A stretch of DNA of 64,000 nt, from the NCBI GenBank assembly GCA_030141605.1, contig JAQGDQ010000008.1:310001-374000 (forward strand). Direction: 5' to 3'. Origin of the DNA: Tubiluchus corallicola (lineage: Eukaryota; Animalia; Priapulida). This document shows positions 25,196-38,740 of the stretch, piece by piece; the stretch's first letter is position 1, and the number at the start of each line of letters is the position of its first letter. The position numbers were made by a program, and so were the translations under genes. The notes beneath the pieces are model-generated. The model did no database searches and was not told the DNA's origin. It saw only the letters and a list, made by a program, of their open reading frames with translations.

Positions 25196-28180
25196 ATAAG
25201 CATGATAATGATGAAATTATCACAACAATACTAATAAAACGTCGAAGATAACGAATAACGGTAACGATAACGATAACGTTAGGTGAAAAAGACAAAAAGT
25301 CACACGTAAATCCTATTGTAAATTTTTTTAATTATATTATAAATTCATGAAGATATACACTAAAAAGGAGGTATCAAACTAAAAAAACCTAGAAGTACAG
25401 CAAATAATAAACACAAAAGAGAAAAACAGAAGTGCAAAATTACTGGTCACAGTCACAACGTGGGCTGTGATTTTATACTTCTGTGTTTTATACCACGCAG
25501 AAAAGTGATTACATACAAACTTGCGTATTTCGATAAACACATATCTTATTCATCGAGATTTTATTCACTTTTACGCAAATTCACAAATTTAAACAACACT
25601 CTCTGTTTAGTTATAGGTCAAGAAATTCAGTAATTAATCAATTTTCGTGAATTCTGGTGGGTGTTCAGCTTTAAGTACGTGTGTCAAGTTTCTTCACCTT
25701 TCTCTGTGTAAATCGCGTGTGTTCTCTTTGATAACGTGCTCTCAATTGCTAAATAAATTGACTTGAATTGAGCTTAGATGACAAAGCAATTCACTGTCTC
25801 CGTGCCTCCCACATTGTTTCTGGGACAAAAACGATTCACATAGTTTCAACAACTGGTAATAAAAATGCTCAGAAAAAGCAAACAAATTTAAATTACAATA
25901 AGGCCCAGTACCACGCTTGTTAGTTCAACGTAGCCATCTATTGAGACCCTACACTTCTGATGAACAGATTTTGAAATAATTCTATCCTGTTCTACTGGTT
26001 TGTGGTTGGTACGAGCGCAAACCTTCCTTTTGAACTGCGGGCAGCTGTTTTGCCCTGACAGCTCTCATGGCTACGCGGCTTTCCTCATGCAATTTTTTAA
26101 GGAAAACTCCCTTTTTTAAGGATCCCTGGTAGTTTTTTAAGAAAAAAATAAGATATTATATTGCTTGTAAAGGACTGAAAGCTGCGTTGCAACAAATATA
26201 TTGGCTATATTCGAAATTATTGCTAAAAAATAACAAATAAACGTGCCAAGAAACTCGTTGTCAAAGGCAAATACAGGGGAACTACAAAATCTTTCTATAA
26301 AAAAAACGCCTAACATTCATATCGATAACGCAAATTAACGCATTGCAATTTGAAAAAAGATTGTGCCACACAATAATGGTGGTATATCCAGCAAATTTTT
26401 CAGAATGCTTTTAAAATAATATCAAAAATTATCAGATAGCATCAGGATGGTACGTAATTGCATACCTTAGTCAAGCGACGACGAGGCTAATCAGTGGGTG
26501 GATAAGTTCAATACTTGCTCTTTCGGTTTCACTCACCTCACTGATTCTGGCTGCTTACCTCGTTGAGTAAAGATCTATTCACATTTAAGCGTGGCTAAAA
26601 CTCTTCTGAGTAACAACATGTTCAATTAAAATAGCGATAAAAAGCTCAATGTAGCAAAAAAACCTTCAACGCGCAAGAAGCTACAGGATTGACCCAAAAT
26701 CAAACTAGTGTCACTGGAACATATTGACAGAACAATTATGTGTGATTTTGACGGCACGAAACATTCCCCCTCCTCTAAATTAAATGTTACAAATTTGATG
26801 CGATCTTGAAAAATTAAGCCGGCTTAATTCTCACGGAAACATAAAACCAAGCAATTGCTTCCAGATTTAGAGATTCCCTTTAATTTACAGGGCAATATTT
26901 CTGCATTAACCACTAACAAGACGCAGCAACAAAAGAACACTGCAGTAGCTCCTGTTGATTAGCTCAGAGAGTTGTAGACACTGAATCTGATCGTGTCTCA
27001 ACTAATTTGCGATAGTGCTCCAGAAGACCAGAGCAATTTCCGAAAGGCTGAGTACAATCAATGAATAGTGAGTTTTCATGCATAAAGGGCTACAGGTTGT
27101 AAATTTGCAACAAAGAGACTGATACTGGAGAAATTAATGTCCTCCTATATTCTGTACGCGGCCTGTATCAGCCTGTATATTCAACGCGTACCACATAATA
27201 ATGGCATAAAAAAAGCATGAACCTTTGTAAATTTCAGCTTATAGCCAAAAGAGTTGGCTTGTGACTTATGCTTTATGATTTATGGCGTGCAAACACGTGC
27301 AGTTATGGTACAAAGAAACGACACATCAGAAAAAAGATCCATATGTTACAGAATCAATGATTTATATATATATATATTAAAATTTTAATTAGCATTATTT
27401 TTTAGTAATGGAACAAACCGAAAACTATAAAGTAACTATGGGTAGATTCCGTCAAATATGTTAAATACGGCGAGTTACTGTCTCTGCTTAGCTTAGAATA
27501 GCGAAAGAAGCAACACAACAACCAACCCGGTCAGTGAATGTATGGGAAAGACGTCTGGGTACAATTTGTACGTCTTGTATGTTTCGTTGGCCATATTGAT
27601 TCCAACTGTTTATCTCCCTGGGGGAGGATGTATTCACATGCGATTGGAGTTTCACTGTTTACAGTGTTTTTCAAATAACTTACACTACCAGTTTGCAGAA
27701 AACATACCTCACGTTTGCGTTCGAACAGACAATGCCCAATGCAAATGTAATCATCGATGATTCAGAAGCTGCAATAGGAGTTATTGTATTCCAGAGATAA
27801 GAAATCTTCCCTCCACGCCAAGGCTGCCAGGACACAAAGGCATTAAAAATCTATTAAACCCGAGCTTTATCACTTTTCCTCAGTCCCAATAGATTTAATC
27901 ACATGGTAAACCTTCCTGCAATATTTCAATGTCATAGCAGTAATTGCTGATGAAGTGTTGCGATTATCGCCTACAAAAGGAGCCTAAAAACCGATAGCAA
28001 CTCCCTATGGGATGAGGAAGTTGCGAATTATTGATGAGATATTGTGTTCTGCAGGCGCAGGATGAATATTAATGTAAACTTTCAATTACCAGAGAAAGTG
28101 GAAACCTTTTCATTCTCTTCCGTTATATTACAACGTTATTACGTGGTATAAAATATTTTTGACTAGGCGTAAAATAACTC

Positions 28181-28243
28181 TGTGTGCTTAGCAACCAAAA
28201 TTAAGCAACCTCGAGTAATCGGATGAGTGACCGCTCTTGGGAG
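28181..28243 (+). mobile_element. 5S-derived SINE head, degenerate
   Basis: tgtgtgcttagcaaccaaaattaagcaacctcgag..ggatgagtgaccgctcttggga. Confidence 0.55.
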
Positions 28244-31200
28244 CCATACTGCCACACACTATTTCTTTTATTAACATGCTTACAGCTCTAAGCAGAAGCT
28301 CGTAAGGTAAACCTTCGACATGTAAGTCATGTAAATTGATGACACTCTCATACTTCAAAGCAGTAGGGCCTGTCCTTAATCACTATTTTCGCAAAGTTCA
28401 ACAGCAACAGACGAATTAGTTACTTCTGAAAAAGTCAACTCTTGCTCGTCAGTAGTCAGACAAAGAAAAAATATCCAAATGGCAAACAAAAAATAAACAT
28501 TATAATAAAATTTTGCAACAGTCACTGACAGTTGCTCCATTAACTCCCCAATGCGGCGTTTTCGATGTTTGATAATTATGATAGTTTTGTATACCCGTGA
28601 ACTATAATCGCAACATTACCATGTGGTCTTGTTTACATTAACGATCACAACTTACTGGTATCTCATAAACAACTGTTCACATATCAGATTGACCGGTATG
28701 TGTGTGCATCGTCTTCACTACAGAGTAAGTTTATGTTACCAGCTCCAACTGGAGCAATAATCATTCTGGAACATAGTTGGGCTGGAGGGAATCTGCTTGG
28801 TTTGCGCAGCTACATAAGTACGCACGTAAGCTATAATTATAATCAAACGATCTACTTGATCACACATTAAAAATTTTAAAATATCTCATATTAAAATCCA
28901 GTAAATCCTTCAATTTTTCATTTTTGTTTTTGATAAAATTTGTATTACTATATGATAAAAGGTTTCAGAAAAATTTCGTAGAACGTACATGTAGAATAAA
29001 CAAATAACTAGCACGATGTACTTATATGGTTTATAATTACGAATACCTTTAACTGTTATCTTCAAACAATAATAAACCACGGTTTCCAAATACTTTCGTG
29101 CAAACAATGGTCAGTGCTACTAAATGAAGGCTTATTTCTCTAAATGTGGGCAGCCTAAGCCTATTAAAGTCTTTACAGAATCCTAAGGATTCGGTGCTGT
29201 AATTATTGTTTACAATCCTCGGTTCATTGTTAAGAATAATTGTTCATTCGCCATATATTACTGGTTTAATCTGTGTCTCCAAATTTCTATCTGTTTACAA
29301 ATCCCAGAAGGAAGTTCAGGGAAACCATGCTTTCGAAAGAGCATTTTATATTAAGCTATTCCCATTGAATAATACTTTAAAATGAAACTAGCAGAGATTT
29401 TAAGGCTTTCTCGTTCGTCAATTTACACTGCCATAAGCACGGGGGAATATCTGAGCAACCAGTTATGGTACGTGCTTAGCTACTGAAGTGAAGTAACACT
29501 GAATCGGGTCGGTAAATGCGGCTTCATCCGTATGCGAACATAGCCAAGAACCACTCATCTTAAAGAATTACCTTGATAAATGGAGAAGTATTGATACTGC
29601 CACAGCCACCTACATTAACAAAGCCTGCCGTTGAGTGCTTTTAAATCCTGGATCCTTTTCAGCTAATTACTCACCTGCTCGAAGTGACCTTGCTCATTAC
29701 ATGTTCTGGTTATTTATTTCAAGCTCGCGCTAAGCATTAAGTCTGACGGAAATGGAAATTTTGCTTGATGGAAGAAATTAATGCGGCTAATAAACAACAA
29801 GTGGCAGGACATTAACTTGCGTTACAAACATTTCGTCGTTAGTTTTGCTAATAAATGCATAACGATGGAGAATAGCAAAGTGATTCATAGATTAAACTAC
29901 AGTGCGTAATTTCCTAATGGTTAGGAAACAGCCTTGAAACAAGAGGTGAAGAGAATTAAAAGAATTAAAAATAAATAAATTCAACAAAACGGCTGCTTAT
30001 GAGTCCAGTGTCTCTCTCTGACATTTTTTGTGGAATTCTGTACCAAAAGTTCTTTCCTTGCGAAACATTGCTCCTTCAAGAAAGACGTTAACAAATAGCT
30101 CCTGTTACTATTATAATGGCAACAATTAATTATTTTTGAACCCGTATTCGTACAACTTTCCACTATAACCGATTACATTGAGTGGGAAGTTGTCCGGTTT
30201 AGGGCGGCTTGTATAAAAAATAACGTTCATCATCCCAAATCAATTTTCCTGGACTAAAAAGGAAAACTTAATGAAAGATATTCTTTTTCGACGAAATTTG
30301 CGACACAGTTTGCACAATTATACCTTTTATCTAATAACTTCGCAGTAGTGTGCGCTTCACTTTATATCGCCTAGACCTATACAATTTAACAACCATCTAT
30401 GGTATTAAAATAATAATAATAATAATAATAATATAAATAACAATAATAATAAATTTCTCGGCGTCTGAATGCCAAGACCAATTAGCGCTTAAACCAATAA
30501 TTAAGTTGCTTTACATACTTACCGCACGTACTTTTGATTAATTATAATGAGCACATTATAAGTCGTCTGTGATAAATTAGTCTGCAAGGCAATAGCTCTT
30601 CTAACAGTCATGAATCATAACAGTAAAACCCAACTAAATCATTAGTCTGGGTGTAAATTAACACAATAATTACTAGTGTTATTGACATGCGAGTCGTGGC
30701 TGTATCATCGATATCATGTCTCTGATAAATGCACTTTCATATCATTATAGAAAGCCTAAATGCACATTCACGGGCATTATTTGTATTGGTGAGCCGTCCT
30801 AAGCCTGGGCCTCAACCTTGGGGTCCATGCATAGGCTTCAGGAGTTCCTGAAGACCAGATGAAAAATTGACTTTTTATATTTTTTATATCAGTAGACATC
30901 TTTTTTATCAAAAACGAAGTCTAAATCAGTTGGATGTCAAAGCTAAATGAGTGTTCGCCTTGGGCTACTCCACAACTTCATGTTATTATTCAAACCAAAT
31001 AGCCTAACAGCAATGTTCTACAGAGACCTGAAACTTAGCCAGATTAGTTTAGTACGAACAGATGCGGAGGCCAAGCAAGTCTATAACTCTTCTGACATCC
31101 ATCCACGAAACAATGGAATGGTGTATAAGAAGAACGATTCCTTTATTTGTAAATTGCTATTTGCAATAGAGTTCACGCTGTCTGACGATTAAGCTAACTG

Positions 31201-31919
31201 AACCAGCAAAAAAGCAGAGAAAGCCGCTTTTATACTAGTCAGATACGTAACATGACTTCAAAGGAAACTGTGTTAGCGTGAAAAGGATGTTCAGTCCGGT
31301 ACAATAATTTCGGTACACAGTGACGGTGCTAATACTGTAAACAATCTTCATAATAATATATATTACGTGGTAACGTGGTAATAACCGTGACATCTATCGT
31401 TAAGAAAGATGAACTACTATAAGCTAATGTTCATTTAAAAGCTACATAATACCATCTGCCACTAAATGCATGCGCCTAAAGACAATAGTTGCTGCCAGCT
31501 GGACGGCGGTGTGGAACAGTGCGTTTTAACTCTCATTTGCATAATAATAGCAGAGCTTGTATATGTTGTAAATGTAACTTTTATGAGCCATTATGACGTT
31601 GGAAATTTTATTTTCTCTTATTTTTATTGCTCTGCCTATATACACAATTAATTAAAAATACTTTTTAAATTACCTTTAATGCATTGTTTCTTCTTTATTT
31701 TGGTAAAAATGTTAAGAAACAAACACGCAATGAGACAAAAACATGCAATCACAGACACGAAATTTGCACACTTCGTACAAAAGAACAGATACCACGTAAA
31801 GATTAATAAATCTAAAAAGTCTACACATACGCACTAGTATATCGGGGGTATTAAATGTCATGGCCCGATCTCAGGCTTATAATCAAAACAGAAACATTTT
31901 TCATTCATACTGCACTTAC

Positions 31920-32357
31920 CTGATTTCGGACTCCTTTAGCAACCTCAAATACCCGAAAGTTTCACACCTTGCTCACATCTTCGTGGCTATAGTGCGGCTT
32001 CAGCAAAGCACTCAAGAAGACCTAAAGCGTTCAATAGCAGAAACACAATGTCCAATGTGGGCTTCTGCCAATGCCAATGAGTTTCAATGGTAATAGAATT
32101 CCGCATGTATACATTGATGGTGCGCATGCGCATGATTTTGCTAATGCATGCAGCATACCTGGTAACATTGATTAAAAAATAATAATCTGCAACCTAATTG
32201 CACAGAGCCGGTGGTTTGTCCATGGTGAGCACCAATCAAGAAACTATTATGCCACTATCTTAAGGAGCATTATCACCAAACTATTAATTTAAAACACCAT
32301 TTCCATTCAGTGGCTTGACCAATCTTGGGTGTACCTCAGGCTCTAATAAAAACTTCT
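31920..32357. promoter_or_regulatory. putative bidirectional promoter (LHFPL2 on -, Arpin on +) with first non-coding exons
   Basis: Perfect NRF1 palindrome TGCGCATGCGCA at 32121-32132 and CCAAT boxes; consensus donors point outward, CAG|gtaagt on - at 31920 and |gtaagt on + at 32358. Confidence 0.5.
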
Positions 32358-32476
32358 GTAAGTAATCATTTTGTTGAGTAAAACACTTCTAGTACACACT
32401 AAAAAAACTTCAAGTCAATTTTAAATTAAGTCAAAAATTCTGTTAATTATTTTCCATTCTCATTTTCTGTTTTCAG

Positions 32477-32609
32477 TGTATCACTGCGAGAGGATTTCCC
32501 ATTATAGGAAATCAGCCAAACAATGTTTTCGATTTGTGTGCAATTTATCATTATAATTAATTATTCCATTGGACCTTGAAAATCTCTGTTAAAACAATTA
32601 GAATCTAAA
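32477..32609 (+). other. putative 5'UTR exon of Arpin
   Basis: Strong acceptor cattttctgttttcag and donor gtaagc; no coding signal; the next strong acceptor (tttttctttcag, ending 37933) opens the Arpin coding exon. Confidence 0.45.
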
Positions 32610-33710
32610 GTAAGCTCTACGCTTTATCTACCTTTGCTTGATCATAGATTTCTTACAGTCTGTACGACTCTTCACATAGAGCGCTGTGTCTTCTGTTGAG
32701 TGTTGACCTATGTAATTTTGTAGCTGTCACAAGTCATGACTCGCCGAACGCCGAACAGTCAGATGGATACTTGTATACAATCAGAACAGTGATTGGCAAC
32801 TTGGCATCACGGCGTGGCTTAGACATTGCTTGCGGTCGTGACAAGCAACACCATTTTGATTCATCTGCATCACCTACGATTTCCCATAGTGCTTGCTTGA
32901 AAATTGCCAAAACAAGTGGAGTAGTGGTGCTGACAAGCCAGTATCAAGTTGTTTGCTGTGTTAATGCTGTGTTTACCTGTCCCGAGGGCGGATTTCTTCT
33001 CTTTTAGAATTCTGCCTGCCAAATGTCAACAATTGACATAGGCGTATAAATGGTGATTAATTTTGTTGGCATTTGGAAAGTGGATAACTTGGTTTAATCC
33101 CATAATAGTTATATGGAGTTAATCAAAGTTTCTATGTTATTACTTGGTCATATGAAACTGGTACTAATATGAGTTTAACATTACGCGCGCGTTTATAACA
33201 TTCACGTTTTTATAACATCCCGCATACCGCCTTACTGTGTATCGACGTGCCATGTCTTGCTTCACCGTGTGCTACCTTACCAATGACTGTTCACTGTAGC
33301 CGAGGCGGTATGTGGTGCCGCTGTACCTGGGACTGTAGAGCAAGCGTGAATGTCTAATCTGTCGGGAGCGGAATAGGACAATTATCGCACATAGGCAAGC
33401 TCAAGTAGGACTTGTCGTACATGGGCTGGGCCAAGTATGGCGCGTTGTACACAGGCTGCCCAAGTACGACACTGCAGACAAGTCACGAATTGAGTCGTTA
33501 ACCATACTGGCAGCATCCATGTCTTTGTCTATTTAATAATAATAATTGAAAATGTCAATACACTTTGAATAATTTATTATACATCTGATAAAATAAAAGA
33601 ATCTTATACTGGGCTTATCAAACGAGCATTATTAAATCTGGCTTCGAGATTAATCTTTTTGAAGTGAAATAATCCTGCTTTTTAGGCGATTCCAACATTT
33701 GGTCAAGGTA

Positions 33711-34137
33711 CCGTATTTTCCCGTGTATAAGAGACCCTTTTTTGCTCAGAATTTTCACTTTAAAAATAGGGGGTCTCTTATACATGGGAGTAAGTCTTTT
33801 CAATAAGATGCATAAATTGTGACACTAATGATTTTAAAGAAATAAGTGCTCTACAACTGTTTTGCGTGTCGCGTTCGACTATGAAGCGGTTGTAAGCAAT
33901 ACAAGCATCGTGACACAGACATTATCTCCTTTCCTGTTACAGGTTTGCAGGTACGCACTTTAATATATACCAGTACTCTTTTTCTACAACACATTAACTG
34001 GTTTTATTTTGTTTTCAGTACCGCACTGAGTTGAAAAAAGTTGTACTTTACCCTCTAAAAATGTCCGTCTGAAAAAACTTTTTTCCAGAATTTTTGCCTA
34101 AAAATTGAAGGGGTCTCTTATACACGGGAAAATACGG
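33711..34137. mobile_element. pogo/Tc2-type (Tc1/mariner superfamily) MITE
   Basis: Perfect TIRs CCGTATTTTCCCGTGTATAAGAGACCC / GGGTCTCTTATACACGGGAAAATACGG with TA target duplication (33709-10, 34138-39) and an internal inverted TIR copy at about 33771-33790. Confidence 0.9.
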
Positions 34138-37100
34138 TATATCTTTTTTTATTTTGTCTCACTTCACACAATGGTGATCCGTTTCACTACCTGTTCGTTG
34201 AATAATTGTTTTCTCCTAAGTAAATGAGCTAACAAGTTATGGGCCCTGCATGGGTTAGTGAGCCATGCACTGTCATGTAGGTTTACAAGATACTTACCTC
34301 TCTATCACAATAGTGTTTGGATTATTGAAATGAATTGTCTTTGCCTTTCCTAAATGTTAAAACTTACTTTTTCGTGTTGTGAAGACTTATCAGCATCTGT
34401 TTCATTTTTAAACTTGTGAGAGAAATCGCCAGTGCCCTACTTGGGCTGCCTATGTACGACACTGGTTTTCCACAAATTTAGCGCATGCACTTTAACACAA
34501 GTGTCCTACTTTGGCTAGTGGTGTGCTCCTTGCCCTACACAATCTATTCTTAACAACCAGCTAAACGAGTTAATGCATGCATCAGTTGCATTGCCCACAT
34601 TTGTCAGAACTAGAATTCGTTAATTATTCACTTGTTAGTAAAAAAATTTATGCAGTAAATTTATGCTTGTCCCTTATATATGCAATGCAATGTACGTGTA
34701 TAAAATAGCTCACTGCCACGCTGTTGAGTGACTCATTCTTATACAGCACGTAGACAAAATAGCCTTTTAACACACCATGTTGACAACTCCACGTACTGCA
34801 TGCCTAACAACTTTTCTTGCAGTGCCAGGGTTGCTGCGTTGAATTTAATTGGAAATTAATTTAGAGACACTGGCAAACCTACAATACAGAAAAAACTTGT
34901 AAATATGTAGTAATGTAATTAATAGAGCCCGGCAGAAAGTCTGCACTGCGCAATAACTGAGTGCACTGTATTCAAAGGTATTATGCCAAGCAAATGATGA
35001 AAGTTTGTTCTTTTTGTGAGTTCACAATAAACTGTGTTCGCTATAATGGTGTTGTGCTGTATAAATGTATTGAATAAAAATAAAATGTAACATTTTATAA
35101 TTAATTTTAGTTGCTAAGTATAAGCGAAGGGGTGGAAAATGAACGTGAATTATCCAGTCAGCAACCTTGTCCTTGTGCTATTTAAAATTAGACTTGGATG
35201 GACTGAAGGGGTGGCGATTCTGGCAAATAAAGTTATCAAGTCATCACCTTGTCATTTAAGTTTTTGGATAATATTTTCCAATCAGACTTGGATGTTAAAA
35301 CCTATTAAATTTTAGTTATTTCCAAGTCAGGCTTGAGTGCTTAAACTTGTTTGGTCATTCCTAAGCAAGACCCAGTACTAAACTGTGTTATAATAATTAT
35401 ACTGACTTGAAATTCTTTGTTACAATATATATTCTACCCTTGTTGGGCATGGATGTATTTGTTCAACAATGATAGAATGTTCATTTTTAGGTCTTACATC
35501 AATTATAAGCTGAAATTCTGTGATTTCCTGCACCCTTCTCAAGTTGTGTTTTATGGCCAAACGATGAAATAGATTGCAGGGGGCTCTTCAACACTGTGTC
35601 ATCTTTATTCTTTTTCAAAGTTTACACAAACAATCATTCTTTATATCTGGATGCTTTTAACAAATTTTCAGTACAACAGTTTTTAACATCCTCTATTGAG
35701 ACCTAAATTTCCTATACTCCTTTCATATAGACAGCAAGTAAATAAATGTTCAGTTAAAAAGTCTTCAATGATTTTCAACAAGTGGACATTTGTTGGGCTG
35801 ACCGTCATGCCGATAATGCACATGTATAGTGAAAACTGCTGGCGTCTGGCGTCATAGTGAAAACAGCAAATGTTTCCAGCAAGTGCAAAGATCTCCCACG
35901 TTGCTAGTGCTGTTCATATCGGGGGATTTAGCTGGCATGGCAATTTTACATCTCAGTTTATCCTTTATAGGTATGAGGAAATCAACCAATTAGTCACTTT
36001 ATATCTAACTACCTACTACCTTAGAAAAACTTTTACAAAATACTACATTTTACAATAGACTGCGATAGGTGTAGTCATATTTGCTCAGAAGCATGTTCGC
36101 TGCTGATAGATGGCACACTTCTGGGATTTACCTCAATTATGACCCAAAGTAATGGTTGAGAGTCACACGGATATAGTTAGTCGTCAGTAGATAAGCAACA
36201 AACAGATACACTGGACACAACAGCAAATGATAGAGCACAAATGCACATTGCACAGTGAAAACTGCTTGTGACTCAACAGTGCCAACCCAAAATTTCCCAC
36301 ATCGCTTTTAATCCAGCTATTCTGTTGTCATGACAGAATTCAATTTCATCGCATAATATAAATGAATCTGATAAACCACCTGCATAATGATTTTTTCGGC
36401 ATAAAACTAGATTGTGCAGCTCCGCTTCACAGATGTGACATATCAATAGTTGTACCACATAGTGTAGAGAATACAAATGAGCTTCTATTGTCATGCAAGA
36501 AAGGTAGTTGTCAATTACAAATATTTATTACAGAGATCTAATCACCCATTACTAAAAATGATAAGATTACAGCAGAACCTAATATTTTCTCTTTTAATGC
36601 ATAACATAACTGTAATTAAAATTTTGATCTTTGTGATAGCATCTGTATGTAAATGACATTGAGGTATCCATTAGCCCAGGCCTTTCCACCTGTCTGTGAT
36701 GTCAGTGACAATTAAAGATTAACTAAAGTATTTTCAAACTATTTGTTTTTTAGTTTTTGAAGAAAAATGTTTTTAAATTAGTCATAAAACTTTCCTTTCT
36801 TTTTCTGATTAAATTTTTCAGCATTGGGGGCCTGCAAGTGCAAACATAACTAAAAGTTACATGAAGCAGATTAACTTCTCATATCGCATTCAGTGATTAA
36901 AATAACTTTTTGTTAAAAGCAAATGTCTGTAATCATTTAACTTTAAAGTTGATCAGTCAAAAAACATTTGTTATGTTTTCTTTCTACGTGCATTCAACTG
37001 TAGTTATTTGGAAGATCTACATCACTAAGTATCACATTTTTATCTGCACAAACTTTCAATTTTATGGAGAGATAACTAAACATCAATCTGCAGCAGCATG

Positions 37101-37780
37101 ATTAACTGCTATGTGCAAGTTTGTGAGATTTTACAAACCAATCAGAAAATCTGGAGAAAGAACACTAGTAAACACGAATCCACAAGTCTTGAAGGTAGTT
37201 GATGAGATCTGGCCTCTAAGCTGAAGTTGTGCCAGAAGTGGAAGCTGTTAAAAAATTATATCTTTAATGGTTATTTATTTGCCAGTTACCGAGTCAAACA
37301 TTAAGCAAGCTCATTCTCAATTATCATTGCAGTTTACTGAATAGTAATATCTTTCTGTAAGGTGTAATTATCAATAAATTACTTTTTGGCACTGTGGGTG
37401 GCAGCACGTGCGTCTACAGACTATTTAAGACTGGAAACTGTTATTCTTAGCACTCTGCAGAAAGGATAGAAATGAGGCGGTGCAAAACTGGTTTTGAGGC
37501 TCCCTCCTTATCCAACCCCCATATTTCTCTCTCATTTTTTTCCTAAATTTGTGTTCAAGATTGAAAAGAAAACATTGTGACAAAGTATTTGACAAGTTCT
37601 TTTATTTACAAAAAATAATTATTAGAACTACTAGAATTTGGGATATCAAGTTAAGATGTTTTTTGTATCGATATCCTTTCTTAAATCTTGTTAAATCTTT
37701 GTTATTATCGTAATGTCTGTAATTTGTTGTTCCTTTTTTCATGTATGCTACTAATAAATAATTGACCTGCATATGTAATT

Positions 37781-37783
<3 letters not shown>

Positions 37784-37840
<57 letters not shown>
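37784..37840. repeat. (TA)n(GT)n compound microsatellite
   Basis: Direct sequence. Confidence 0.95.
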
Positions 37841-38074
37841 AGATTTGTATTAATAACAATAATAATAACAATAACAATGGTAATAATAATAAAAAGTTAT
37901 CAGAAAACTTATTGGAAATTGTTTTTCTTTCAGAATTTTTAGGAAAATGCTACTTGTTGAAGACACTGAAGAAAACTTTTAGTAGTCGGACTTCAATAAA
38001 CATAACTCTGATAGGTTATTTGTTGTCGCTGATATGATTGAATCAGTGCTCTAACACAAAATTTAAAAAAAGAG

Positions 38075-38740
38075 ATGAGCAGGATCTATGAAAACACCCC
38101 ACTGAAAAACCTCCCAATGGTCACAAAACAATGGAAAGGTGAATGGAACCCCAAACAATGGCAGACTGGACCAGGCGTGTTAATTGAAGGAAAGATTATC
38201 ACTGTCAGCCGAATAAGTATTGCTTTTCCTAGTGCTAGAACAAAATACTTTGTATTTCAAACAAAAGCAAGCAAAGCTTGGAAGAGAAAGTTTGATTCGA
38301 GTGGAAAAGAAGTTGAACCAAATTTAACTAAAGCACAAAAAGTAACAACTGGCTATCTGAATCTGTGTAGAGAAAAGGCAAACACTGAAAGTGATGCTGT
38401 AGGCTTAGAAGAACTGCCCAATCTTGTGAAGAACACAGAGCTTGAAAGTCTGTGTCCTCCATCTAGTGGATGCCTGCCTTTCTGGGCATTGGAAGACATG
38501 TTGAAAAACATTGACACTGAAGTGTTAATAGGTCAGCAGGTCAGGCTGAAGACCTGCGGAAACTCTCCATTCCTTTACACTTTTGCCAAAATTGATTCTT
38601 CCGTTGCAACTACCTCACAGTTTGTCAGTCCTGAAGCAGTAGGTGACAAGTGGACAGACAAGATCATGAATGTTAAGAAGCAAATCGAGGAAGTACCAGA
38701 ACCTGGGTCAGGAGCTGACGATGATGGATGGGATGACTAA
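38075..38740 (+). CDS. ARPIN: Arpin, Arp2/3 complex inhibitor (221 aa, single coding exon)
   Basis: MSRIY start, GVLIEG, RKFDSSGKEVEPN, KVTTGYL, VRLKTCGNSPFL, WTDKIM and an acidic C-terminal DDDGWDD motif all match Arpin; AATAAA at about 38948 and 39045. Confidence 0.95.
   Translation: MSRIYENTPLKNLPMVTKQWKGEWNPKQWQTGPGVLIEGKIITVSRISIAFPSARTKYFVFQTKASKAWKRKFDSSGKEVEPNLTKAQKVTTGYLNLCREKANTESDAVGLEELPNLVKNTELESLCPPSSGCLPFWALEDMLKNIDTEVLIGQQVRLKTCGNSPFLYTFAKIDSSVATTSQFVSPEAVGDKWTDKIMNVKKQIEEVPEPGSGADDDGWDD

Noticed and set aside
24601-25203. Poly-His/Met/Ile/Ser ORFs up to 200 aa
   Set aside because: Pure trinucleotide repeat with no splice or coding context.
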